Positions 1-8,938 of a DNA stretch of 64,000 bases are shown here, piece by piece. How positions within the stretch are numbered: position 1 is the stretch's first letter; each line of letters begins with the position of its first letter. The stretch comes from Pseudomonadota bacterium (GTDB lineage Bacteria > Pseudomonadota > Gammaproteobacteria > Steroidobacterales > JBCBZW01), in contig JBCCWS010000021.1 of the NCBI GenBank assembly GCA_039193195.1, positions 3,247 through 67,246 on the forward strand. The letters run 5' to 3'. Below the pieces are notes generated by a model. That model saw only the letters and a program-made list of their open reading frames with translations. It was not told the origin of the DNA and ran no database searches. A program made the translations under genes and the position numbers.

Positions 1-159
1 CAACACTATCGATCGTCACGGGTTCTTTCGCTATTCGCTTCAACGCGTCGCGACGGTGGGAGCCGGAACGGTTCGCGACGCAAGTCACCCTGTCCTAGGT
101 CCACGATCGCGCCCGGTGAGACCGCAAGCGCCGAGCTAACCATGACTCTCGACGCGGCT

Positions 160-171
160 CCCCCCCCCCCC
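160..171. repeat. C12 homopolymer tract (G12 on the other strand)
   Basis: Read directly. Codons 160-171 of the + frame ORF 142-357 are ccc ccc ccc ccc (PPPP). The tract lies in the apparently non-coding 1-551 region. Confidence 0.9.
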
Positions 172-551
172 GGCCGGCGAGTGGATCTTCGCCTCGAGCA
201 CCTGAACCCACGAGCTGGGTCACAGAGTACGCAGCCCGATCGCCAGCAACGCAGAAGCGTACACGGCACCGGTGCCTCTGGCCCCGCTGAGTTCGAGATC
301 AGCTCCGCCTCCGACGGCGGTGTTGGCGCGTGTAACCTCGGCTTATGTGCGGAGTAAGGCCCAATCCTCGCGGCGTGCACATCCTCGAGTATGCTCCGTA
401 CGATGACGAAGCGCCGTTTCCTATCTGGAGACGACCCTTTTACAATTTCAACGAAGCTGCGTTGCCAGGTCCCACGGGAGGAGGAGCAGCGTGTTCAGGG
501 GCGAAAAGGTGCCGCGAAGTCATCAACGAACTTCTAACTCAGGACACTAGG

Positions 552-1967
552 ATGAGCGTCGATAAAGTCTCACGTGCCACACCACTTCTGTTCGCAATCG
601 CGCTTACCTCTACCCCCTCCACCACGGCACTCGCTGCGACAGAGAGGCTGGACTTGGTGTTTCCTCTGTGCCAATGGACACCGGAGCTGAGCCTCGACTG
701 CAGCAAGAACCCGTACACCGCTGGCGTGTACACCACCTTCGATCACGATGGTGAGGCGGGGATCGAGAACGCGTTGATTTCCGCGTTCAATAGGACAGAC
801 GCTTATTGCCGCCTAGGCGTTGCAGTCAACGGCGTTTTGCTGGAAAGTAGGCGGGTTTGTGGCGTGCTCAAGCAAGCGCTCGAGGACACGCCCGGCAACT
901 ACAGCTTCCTAGCACCCTTCGCTGACGATGACCCGTTTCCGCAACTGAACTACCTCGGCAACACCCGCTACGTAGGTCTGGACGGACACCCTGGCACCGA
1001 CTACGAGCTGAAAATCGGCGACCCCCTAGTCGCCGCCCAGTCGGGCGTGCTGTGCGCGCTCACAGGCCTATCGCAAACACAAGGTGGAGACGCTTTGTGG
1101 ACCAACCCCGAGCTCTGCCCCTTCGACACCGATGAGATAAATGGCGGCGATCCGCAGGTCGGAAATGCCGACGCTTGGCACACCTTCAACACCTTCTACG
1201 TCGTCGATCCAGTCGACGGACACTCGAGTTGGTACCTGCACGCCCGTCGACTCTCGACCATCGTTGACGATCAGCTGCGCGAGCAGGGCTATGCGCAGGT
1301 CGAAGCGGGAGACTTGGTTGCCTTCGGCGGAGACACTGGCACAGATCGCCCGGTTCTCCAGTTCGAGCTGCGAGAGCCTGACGGCATCCCCACAGATCCC
1401 TATGGATTGGAGTTCTTGGTGCCTGCCGTATGGGCTGATGCACCTGACCTGTGCGATGCACCGCGCCGTGAGGTCCTGGATACGGCCGAGGGTGAGCCTC
1501 TCTCGAACGGCCTCATCGTAGACGACAACGGTTGGCTGATGCACCGCTTCGAGGTGACAGAGTCTACCCAACTCAACCGGATCGGAATCTGCTTAGAACC
1601 CTCCCGAACGCCCGGCCCAATAAAGATGTTCGCCGCAGTAGTACCGATCGCGAGTCCGGGAGAACTGCCGCCCGCGGACCTCGTCGATGTGGACTTCGCC
1701 GCGCTGGAACTGATCACACTCTTGAGCGCCCCCATCTCAGAGCCGAGATTCTTTGAGGCAGATACTCAGAGCACACTGGATCCCGGGTACTACACTATCG
1801 TGTTCGGCACGGGTGCCCTTGGCGCGGATTCGGTTGGGGAGTCCGGCTTCCTTAACGTCAAAGCCCTGACGACGGACCTCGCCCCCGACGAGCTACCTGT
1901 CACCGCGCGACCGGACACCGGGGAGTACATTTTCCAATTGAGCTCGCCGAGGCTTACCCTCGACTAG
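552..1967 (+). CDS. Secreted LytM/M23-domain protein with a degenerate active site
   Basis: Internal ATG (M70 of ORF 345-1967) is preceded by AGGA and gives the signal-like N-terminus MSVDKVSRATPLLFAIALTS. The HxxxD motif is present (GHPGTDYE). The usual PHLHFE is replaced by PVLQFELRE. Confidence 0.6.
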   Translation: MSVDKVSRATPLLFAIALTSTPSTTALAATERLDLVFPLCQWTPELSLDCSKNPYTAGVYTTFDHDGEAGIENALISAFNRTDAYCRLGVAVNGVLLESRRVCGVLKQALEDTPGNYSFLAPFADDDPFPQLNYLGNTRYVGLDGHPGTDYELKIGDPLVAAQSGVLCALTGLSQTQGGDALWTNPELCPFDTDEINGGDPQVGNADAWHTFNTFYVVDPVDGHSSWYLHARRLSTIVDDQLREQGYAQVEAGDLVAFGGDTGTDRPVLQFELREPDGIPTDPYGLEFLVPAVWADAPDLCDAPRREVLDTAEGEPLSNGLIVDDNGWLMHRFEVTESTQLNRIGICLEPSRTPGPIKMFAAVVPIASPGELPPADLVDVDFAALELITLLSAPISEPRFFEADTQSTLDPGYYTIVFGTGALGADSVGESGFLNVKALTTDLAPDELPVTARPDTGEYIFQLSSPRLTLD

Positions 1968-1998
1968 GGCAGCACGCGGCGCCAGGAGGAGGAAGACG

Positions 1999-2346
1999 AT
2001 GGGCTATATCGATGGGGTCCTATGCGCCGTTCCCACCGCCAAGCGAGAGGAGTATCTCGCGTTCGCCAAGCAAGCGGCGGCGCTGTTCAAACGACACGGT
2101 GCCCTGCGCGTGGTCGACTCCTGGGGCGATGACGTGCCGGACGGGAAGGTGAACTCACTCAACTCGGCCGTGCTGCGCAAAGCCGACGAAACGGTGGTGT
2201 TCTCGTGGATAGAGTGGCCATCTAAGGACGTTCGCAACGCAGCGTGGGCGAAGGTGGAGGAGGATCCTCAGATGCAGGCCCTGCAACTGCCATACGATGG
2301 ATCGCGGATGGTGTTTGGTGGCTTCGATATGCTGCTGGATGCTTGA
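1999..2346 (+). CDS. DUF1428 family protein
   Basis: 115 aa. MGYIDGVLCAVPTAKREEYLAFAK...SWIEWPSKDVRNAAW is typical of DUF1428/YbaA-like proteins. GGAGG lies upstream. Confidence 0.8.
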   Translation: MGYIDGVLCAVPTAKREEYLAFAKQAAALFKRHGALRVVDSWGDDVPDGKVNSLNSAVLRKADETVVFSWIEWPSKDVRNAAWAKVEEDPQMQALQLPYDGSRMVFGGFDMLLDA

Positions 2347-2383
2347 GGCTTCCAGCTGAGCCAGGGACGCATCCGCATAGTGC

Positions 2384-2851
2384 TTACTTGAGCCGCTCAC
2401 CAGCCTTGGTTGTATAGCCTGCCTTGCCGCTGTAGCGTCCGGGTAGGGCGCGCAGATCAGCGTCCGGATACTCCGCACCGTCCTCGTCCATGCGCGACCC
2501 GACGACCAAAAACTGCGCGTCTGTATCGCTCTCGTTTACAAGGTGATGGCCATTCGCCACTCCCCCTTTGAATCCAGCGCATTCCCCGGCACGGAGCGCC
2601 TCCCGTCCGTCCTCTGTGGATAGCACCAACTCGCCGCTCAACACCCACACGAACTCGTCCTCATGCGTATGCCAATGGCGCTGGGCAGACCACGCACCTG
2701 GGGGAAGGGTAACTAGCACCACACCGAACTGCGTAAGCCCCGCGGCGTTGGAGAGATGGCGCTTATGGCGTTGGAGGCAGGGCACGTCGTAGGGCGCCGG
2801 GTAAGTGGTGCCAACGCTCTCGGGCACTTGCTCGATGTCGATCTTCGGCAT
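2384..2851 (-). CDS. Cupin domain protein
   Basis: 155 aa with the cupin motifs HWHTHEDEFVWVLSGE and GHHLVNESD. Confidence 0.8.
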   Translation of the reverse strand: MPKIDIEQVPESVGTTYPAPYDVPCLQRHKRHLSNAAGLTQFGVVLVTLPPGAWSAQRHWHTHEDEFVWVLSGELVLSTEDGREALRAGECAGFKGGVANGHHLVNESDTDAQFLVVGSRMDEDGAEYPDADLRALPGRYSGKAGYTTKAGERLK

Positions 2852-2869
2852 GTGGCCACTCCGTGACGA

Positions 2870-3580
2870 TCAATCGCTCGCGATTGGCGGGCAGGGCACG
2901 GTACGTTCAAGATCCGTGTGATACGTGTAGGCGCGTTGACCCACACGCAAACGGATCATGTAGCCCTTCACCGATTCCGGCGGATAGGTCACGTTAGGAA
3001 CCGGGCAATCCAGGCTGCGATCTGGCCAGGTCTTACCGCGCACGTGCGCCACCCGAATCTTCGCGAGCGGCACGGACAGTCGCTTCGACAGATCCTGACG
3101 CGCCACCGTAGCCTGAGGTACCCAGGAGACTTCCCCGTCAGCCCTCGGGATTGCGCCTGGCATCTCCTTGCGCTCGCAGACCACCGCGCGGCTGGCAGTG
3201 TTGGTGTGCACAAAGTGGATCACCCCGTCCAGGCGCAAGGTTACGCGGTAACCCGGCGTGATCACCTGACCGTAGCCGAAGCCTGGCTCGGGGCAGCCAA
3301 GGCTCGTATCACTCCACTGCATCGCCTTCACCGTGTCCACCTCGATCGCAACGGGGTCCACGCTCAGCTCCGTGGCTAACGCGCCGCGGGCGAGGTCGGC
3401 GATCTCGCGAGTCTTGCTATCGAGCGGAATGAGGCGGCCATCCCCGGTCACTTGTCGTCCTTCGGGCATGGGATTCTCCCCGGCCACGGCGGTGGCCATC
3501 AGCAGCACTGCGCAGGTGGCGGCGATCAGCCAGGGCTGTCGGCCGCTGGCGGTGGAGGTCCTTCGCATCGTCAACGTCAT
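2870..3580 (-). CDS. Hypothetical secreted protein with two tandem Cys-pair domains
   Basis: M22 of ORF 2870-3643 gives a signal peptide (MTLTMRRTSTASGRQPWLIAATCAVLLMATAVAG). Two internal repeats each contain W(S/P)D.SL.CP.P...Y......GY...LR........H followed by a second Cys. Confidence 0.6.
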   Translation of the reverse strand: MTLTMRRTSTASGRQPWLIAATCAVLLMATAVAGENPMPEGRQVTGDGRLIPLDSKTREIADLARGALATELSVDPVAIEVDTVKAMQWSDTSLGCPEPGFGYGQVITPGYRVTLRLDGVIHFVHTNTASRAVVCERKEMPGAIPRADGEVSWVPQATVARQDLSKRLSVPLAKIRVAHVRGKTWPDRSLDCPVPNVTYPPESVKGYMIRLRVGQRAYTYHTDLERTVPCPPIASD

Positions 3581-3720
3581 GAGTTCCTTGGAGAGGTCGA
3601 GCGGTGATAATGCCTTGCGAGCGTAACGGAAGCGCCTGCGCATGAACGTACGGGCAAGCTACGATACCACCCAGACGGGGTATCCCGCCCCGGCCCTGAA
3701 TCGACCACATGGAGCACCGG

Positions 3721-4740
3721 ATGGGCTTACTCGACAAGTTCGAACGCTACCCGCTCACCTTTGGCCCGACGCCCATAGAAGCACTGCCCCGCCTGTCCGA
3801 GGCGCTGGGCGATCAGGTAGAGATCTACGCCAAGCGCGAAGACTGCAACTCCGGCCTCGCCCTCGGCGGCAACAAGTTGCGCAAGCTGGAGTACATCGTG
3901 CCCGACGCCATCGCAAGCGGCGCTGACACATTGGTCTCCATCGGCGGGGTGCAGTCGAATCACACGCGTCTGGTCGCCGCCACCGCCGCCAAAATCGGTA
4001 TGAGGTGTCGGGTGGTGCAGGAGGCGTGGGTGCCGCACGAAGATGCCGTGTACGACCGGGTGGGCAACATCCTAATGACGCGCCTCATGGGCGCTGACTC
4101 ACGCCTGGTCGATGACGGCTTCGACATCGGCATCCGTCAGAGCTGGGAAGCCGCCATGGAGGATGTGCGATCTGAGGGTGGCAAGCCATACGGCATTCCC
4201 GCTGGCGCCTCGGTGCACAAGCTCGGTGGCCTTGGGTACGTCGGCTTTGCGGAGGAGGTGCGCGAGCAGGAGCATGCCCTTGGCTTCTCCTTCGACTACA
4301 TCGTCGTTTGCGTGGTGACCGGTTCAACGCAGGCAGGGATGATCGTGGGCTTCAAGGCGGACGAGCGCGCCGAGCGCGTGATCGGCATCGATGCTTCGGG
4401 CACTGTGGAGCGCACGCGCACGCAGGTCACCCAGATTGCGCGTGACACGGCTGAGCTCATCTGCCTCGGCAAGACAATCAGCGATGAAGATGTGCACATC
4501 AACCCCGACTACGCCTACCCTGCCTACGGTATCCCAAGCCACGAGACCAACGAGGCCATGCGACTCGCTGCTCGCACGGAGGCGATGATCACCGACCCCG
4601 TGTACGAGGGCAAATCGATGCAGGGCATGATCGATCTGGTGCGTAAGGGCTTCTTCCCGCAGGGCTCCAGGGTCCTCTACGCGCATCTCGGTGGCGCCCC
4701 CGCAATCAACGGCTATGCATATACCTATCGAAACGGATAG
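3721..4740 (+). CDS. acdS: 1-aminocyclopropane-1-carboxylate deaminase
   Basis: Near full-length resemblance to Pseudomonas AcdS, recalled from memory ([61 protein letters not shown]). ATG at 3721 (M5) is preceded by GGAG. Confidence 0.9.
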   Translation: MGLLDKFERYPLTFGPTPIEALPRLSEALGDQVEIYAKREDCNSGLALGGNKLRKLEYIVPDAIASGADTLVSIGGVQSNHTRLVAATAAKIGMRCRVVQEAWVPHEDAVYDRVGNILMTRLMGADSRLVDDGFDIGIRQSWEAAMEDVRSEGGKPYGIPAGASVHKLGGLGYVGFAEEVREQEHALGFSFDYIVVCVVTGSTQAGMIVGFKADERAERVIGIDASGTVERTRTQVTQIARDTAELICLGKTISDEDVHINPDYAYPAYGIPSHETNEAMRLAARTEAMITDPVYEGKSMQGMIDLVRKGFFPQGSRVLYAHLGGAPAINGYAYTYRNG

Positions 4741-5148
4741 TAACGAATACGATGCGAATAGACGATTAAGGCTCTACTGCTGCGGGAGCGCTGGTAAGCT
4801 CTAACCCCATCCAGCGCATGCGCTCCTATAAGCCCTCTCACTAACTCCAATACCCGCCTAGCGCTTAGATCGTCTCACGCTAAATCGAGCCTCACGGCGG
4901 CGAGCACCATCGTAACCGTGTTCCTTGGTTCGCAGACGTAGTCGCCACCGAGATCACCGCGCCTAGCGGTCGAACGCTGAAGCCACGACTGACGACGACT
5001 TCCCGGAGGACGTGGGGTGGGATCCGTAGTAAGCACGGTGCCGCCGGCCTTCGGATCGATGTGCGCGATGGCCACTGCCTCGTGTCAGGGTAGCGCGAGC
5101 GGACTCGGTGCTGGTGGGCCGCGTGTCGGGAGCTCCACCGTCACCCCA

Positions 5149-5233
5149 TCAGTTGATGTTCTGCACCGGCATCCACGAGATCATTCCAGTCGCGCAGATC
5201 GCGGATGGAGGCCTGCCCAGCACGTCGAGATGA
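5149..5233 (-). pseudogene. Relic of the 3' end of an enoyl-CoA hydratase paralogue
   Basis: tcagttgatgttctgcaccggcatccacgagatcattccagtcgcgcagatcgcggatg closely matches the 3' end of the gene at 7228 (tcagttgatgtcctgtacctgcatcaccagatcattccagttgcgctgattctcgatg), with one indel. It translates to ..MPVQNIN* versus ..MQVQDIN*. Confidence 0.4.
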
Positions 5234-6070
5234 CTAGGGCTGCCGGTCACTAAGGAATTCGACGCGATAGCGCCCGCGGCTACTCACGTACAGCAGGCAT
5301 TGCTCGCCGGGCGCTGCCTGGCATGACAGCGCTTGACGCGATGCAGGGGCGCTCAAGTAGCTCCCGGCAGCGAGCGCCTCCGCGTCGGCCTCGCCATACC
5401 CGACCGGCCCACCGATCACCACGAGATGGAGCTGCGCGTCGTCATGTTTCAATTCCCCAGCGGCGCCAGCGGGAAACCGCAGAAGAGCGCCGTGGCGTGC
5501 GTTCCCCTCAAGACTTCCCCAGAGAAACGCGATCTCCACCGCTGCGCCGACCACCCACGCCGTGTCTACGGATCGCAGCCAAACGATGTTCCCGGCCTCC
5601 AGATTGACTGGGCGCTCACCCTCGTCGAAGGCGAGGGCGGTCGGGCGAACCAGATAGGGGCCCGCCTCTATCTCCAGGAAGATCATCGCTGGCTTGCCTG
5701 ACTTCGCGGCGGTGATGTGGGGCTCACCGGCGGGCTGGGTCCAGAAGGAGCCAGGGCCCATCCACATCGGAGCCGCATCGGGATCATCGTTGTGGATCGC
5801 GCCTTCGATCACGACGGCCCGATAAGTGATGTTGTGGATGTGTGGCGGCGAGGAGAATCCGTCTTTGAACTTGACGATCGCGCCCGTCGGCACGTTCTTA
5901 CCGATGTCTCCCCACAGCACGCCCGCCTGCGGGCTCGCATCCCCTCGCGCTGGGTTCAGCGGCTGGAACTCGACTGCGGCGCTCTCAAGCACCCGACCTG
6001 GACGCCCAGGCGCCGCCGCGCAGACGCTGATCACGAGCGCGATCGCCACCGACCGTAGTACTGTGCGCAT
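5234..6070 (-). CDS. DUF4437 (cupin-like) secreted protein
   Basis: M8 start gives the signal peptide [44 protein letters not shown] and WTQPAGEPH are typical of DUF4437. Confidence 0.75.
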   Translation of the reverse strand: MRTVLRSVAIALVISVCAAAPGRPGRVLESAAVEFQPLNPARGDASPQAGVLWGDIGKNVPTGAIVKFKDGFSSPPHIHNITYRAVVIEGAIHNDDPDAAPMWMGPGSFWTQPAGEPHITAAKSGKPAMIFLEIEAGPYLVRPTALAFDEGERPVNLEAGNIVWLRSVDTAWVVGAAVEIAFLWGSLEGNARHGALLRFPAGAAGELKHDDAQLHLVVIGGPVGYGEADAEALAAGSYLSAPASRQALSCQAAPGEQCLLYVSSRGRYRVEFLSDRQP

Positions 6071-6436
6071 TGTCACGAGAGCTTCCTGCATTTCCTTCTG
6101 GCTCTGCCACCGGCGGCGCCTACCCCGATGTCACGCGCAGAGCATCGTGAGCCTCAGAACGAGAACCATGACGCCTTCCCAACCGAAGCGCGAACTGCCC
6201 TTGCCCAGTGGCCGCCTTGCGCGGCCCGCATCACCTAAGACAGTACATCGCTATTACATGTCACCGGCAGTGCGACCGGGCTTGCTCTTGCCACTCGTCC
6301 AAGATTCTGGTTCTCTAAGCGCGAGTCGCTGCCGCTGGCAACGACCCCGCCGTCGAGAGGCGCTGCAGCGAGTCGCACAGACTCGTCACGCTCGACATCG
6401 GTGCATGACAAGGGCGCCTTCTTTCGGAGGCAAGTC

Positions 6437-7162
6437 ATGCATACGCAAGACGGCAACCGCGTGGGCCGCGTCGTCGGCCTGTGGCGGTATCCCGTGAAGT
6501 CTATGGGCGCTGAAGCGCTTACCGACGTCGAGGCGGGTTGGTTCGGGCTCGACGGCGACCGCCGCTGGGCATTCGTTCGCAACGATCGACCGCAAAGCGG
6601 CTTTCCCTGGCTCACCCTGCGCGACCGAAGCGACATGCGGCGGTTCCTGCCATCCTTCGTCGACGCCGATCGGCCGAACGCATCGGTCACCGAGGTCACC
6701 ATGCCGAGCGGACAGACACTGGACGTCACGGACCCGACCCTCGCCCGCGAACTATGGCCCGATGGGGCTCGGGTCGTCCGCTACGACCGCGGGGTGTTCG
6801 ACACCTTTCCTCTCTCACTAATCACCTCCCAGACGATCACCCAACTCGGCGAGCGAGTAGGCCGAACGCTGGATCCACGGCGTTTCCGGCCTAATTTGCT
6901 TATCGATGCCGCAACCGACGAGGGGTTCCCGGAGGACGAATGGGTTGGAAGCGTCGTGCGTATCGGCTCGGCTCACCTTCGGATCGATGTGCGCGACCGG
7001 CGCTGCGCGGTGATCACCATAGACCCGGCAACGTTGGCGCGCGATCGCACCGTGCTGCGAACAGTCGCACAGGCCCGTGACGGGTGCCTGGGTGTGTATG
7101 GGACCACGGTAGGGCCGGGGCGAATGGCCGTCGGTGACGACGTATTCCTCATGCCAGGATAG
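6437..7162 (+). CDS. MOSC domain-containing protein
   Basis: N-terminal beta-barrel signature VGRVVGLWRYPVKSMGAE and a C-terminal MOSC region (RFRPNLLID, RCAVITIDP). Confidence 0.8.
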   Translation: MHTQDGNRVGRVVGLWRYPVKSMGAEALTDVEAGWFGLDGDRRWAFVRNDRPQSGFPWLTLRDRSDMRRFLPSFVDADRPNASVTEVTMPSGQTLDVTDPTLARELWPDGARVVRYDRGVFDTFPLSLITSQTITQLGERVGRTLDPRRFRPNLLIDAATDEGFPEDEWVGSVVRIGSAHLRIDVRDRRCAVITIDPATLARDRTVLRTVAQARDGCLGVYGTTVGPGRMAVGDDVFLMPG

Positions 7163-7227
7163 CGCTGGTGGCCTAGGCGCGAGCTCCCCGATCGATATCG
7201 CATCGGGGAGCCCGTGTCCTCAGGCCG

Positions 7228-8076
7228 TCAGTTGATGTCCTGTACCTGCATCACCAGATCATTCCAGTTGCGCTGATTCTCGATGTCGTGTTCCAAGCCC
7301 TGCTCGTCGGCTATCCGGAAACGCTTGAGCGCTGGGGTCTTGCTAGTCGCCTGATACAGCCAGTAGGCTTCAGCCTTGAGGGCCTCATCGATCGGCTTGT
7401 CGATCGACTCGTACACCATCTGCTTGCAAGCGTTGATTGACTGCGCCGGGAACCGGGCGATGCGCTTGGCAAGCGCATCCACGTAGGCACCGATCTCCTG
7501 TGGGTCCAGGGCCTTGTTGATGGTGCCGAGGGCTTCGGCCTCGTCCGCATCGAAATCGCGCGCGCTCAAGATGATCTCCAGTGCTCGGCCAAGGCCCGTC
7601 TGGCGCGCCATGCGTGAGGCACCGCCACCGCAAGGCAAGATGCCCATGCCGACCTCCATCTGCATGAACTTGAACTTACCGCGGGCGGCGAAGCGCATGT
7701 CCATGGCGAGGGCAAGCTCATGACCGCCACCGCGGGCGAACCCTTCCAGCTTCGCGATCGTCGCTTGGGGCACCCTGCTGATCCGTTCGCACACCGCCTG
7801 CAGATCCAGCAGCGCCGCCTCATCGCGAGAAACCGCCTGTGAAGACATATCCTTCAACAGCTCGGTGTCGTAGTGACACACCCACACTTCCGGATTCGCC
7901 GACTCGAAGACGACGACCTTGGTGTCCCTGTCTCGCTCCAGGCGCATGGCGAGGCTGTTCAGATCGGCCAACATCTCCTGACCCTGTACGTTGACGGTGC
8001 CGAAGTCGAAGGTGACCGTGAGAATCCCCTCGTCCTTGTGTTCTGTCTTGAAGGTGGTAAATCCTGCGTACTTCAT
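7228..8076 (-). CDS. Enoyl-CoA hydratase/isomerase (crotonase) family protein
   Basis: 282 aa with crotonase-fold motifs (KLEGFARGGGHELALAMDMRFAA, GILPCGGGASR). Confidence 0.85.
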   Translation of the reverse strand: MKYAGFTTFKTEHKDEGILTVTFDFGTVNVQGQEMLADLNSLAMRLERDRDTKVVVFESANPEVWVCHYDTELLKDMSSQAVSRDEAALLDLQAVCERISRVPQATIAKLEGFARGGGHELALAMDMRFAARGKFKFMQMEVGMGILPCGGGASRMARQTGLGRALEIILSARDFDADEAEALGTINKALDPQEIGAYVDALAKRIARFPAQSINACKQMVYESIDKPIDEALKAEAYWLYQATSKTPALKRFRIADEQGLEHDIENQRNWNDLVMQVQDIN

Positions 8077-8115
8077 GGATGGGTCCTCTGTAAATCGAAC
8101 TGGGAAAGGGGCGGC

Positions 8116-8928
8116 TTAGGCGCCCGGCATGCTTTCGAGCTTGGTGATCAAGCTCTCCATCGCCTCGATCAAGGCCTTGGTCTTGGCTGCGCTCTGGGCG
8201 TCAGGGTGCGGGTTGCCCAGGGCTCTACGATCGTTGTCGTAGTAGCGACCTGACACGCCGGCGAATTCATCACTGAGGGCCGTGCGCACGAGAATGTCGG
8301 CACCAATCCCGAGGTCCTTTCCGGAGGTGCCGAAGGCCTCCCTGACCATCTTGCTGCCGAGCAGCGATCCGGGATTGACTGCCATCACCGAGGGCCCGCT
8401 GTCCGCCAGCTCGCGCGCCATGTGGAAGGACCACATCGTGATCGCCAGCTTGCTCTGGGCGTAGGCTTCGTCGTCAGAGAGCGCACGCTCACCGCGAAGC
8501 GCTCTCAGCTCTAGCGGGGCTTGCGCTGCGGAGGAGAGGTTGATCACTCGTCCCTGTGGCGGCATCGCCGTCAGCAGGCGTCTCGTGAGCACGTACGGCG
8601 CTACGGTATTGACGATGAAGCGCACGTCCAAGCCCTCCAGGGTGTTCGGATGAGAGGTCTTGTACACTCCGGCATTGTTGATAAGCACATCGATATGTTT
8701 GTGCTCGCTGAGAGCCGTATCGGCGAGCGCCCGCACGTTGGTCAGGCGGGACAGATCGGCCCGGTGCGTCTGCACCGTGCCGTTCGTGGAGAGCGAGGCT
8801 TTGAGCCTGTCGAGTTTCTCGGCGCTGCGCCCGTGGAGCAGCAGCTGGTGGCCCTGGGAGGCCAGAATCTTGGCGGTCTCATAGCCTATGCCGTCGGTCG
8901 CCCCAGTCAGGAGAATCGTTTTGCTCAT
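8116..8928 (-). CDS. SDR family oxidoreductase
   Basis: TGATDGIGYE Rossmann motif, NNAG, and YAQSK (YxxxK) catalytic motif. Confidence 0.85.
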   Translation of the reverse strand: MSKTILLTGATDGIGYETAKILASQGHQLLLHGRSAEKLDRLKASLSTNGTVQTHRADLSRLTNVRALADTALSEHKHIDVLINNAGVYKTSHPNTLEGLDVRFIVNTVAPYVLTRRLLTAMPPQGRVINLSSAAQAPLELRALRGERALSDDEAYAQSKLAITMWSFHMARELADSGPSVMAVNPGSLLGSKMVREAFGTSGKDLGIGADILVRTALSDEFAGVSGRYYDNDRRALGNPHPDAQSAAKTKALIEAMESLITKLESMPGA

Positions 8929-8938
8929 CGTGGTTCCG

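Noticed and set aside
6-380. ORFs 6-380 (-) and 142-357 (+) at the window start
   Set aside because: They overlap each other, have an Arg/Pro/Gly-rich composition, and show no motif or credible start context. The region is treated as non-coding; only the C12 tract is reported.
4875-5075. 66-aa minus-strand ORF in the acdS/DUF4437 gap
   Set aside because: It has no motif, no RBS and odd composition. It may be a decayed remnant, but I cannot support a call.
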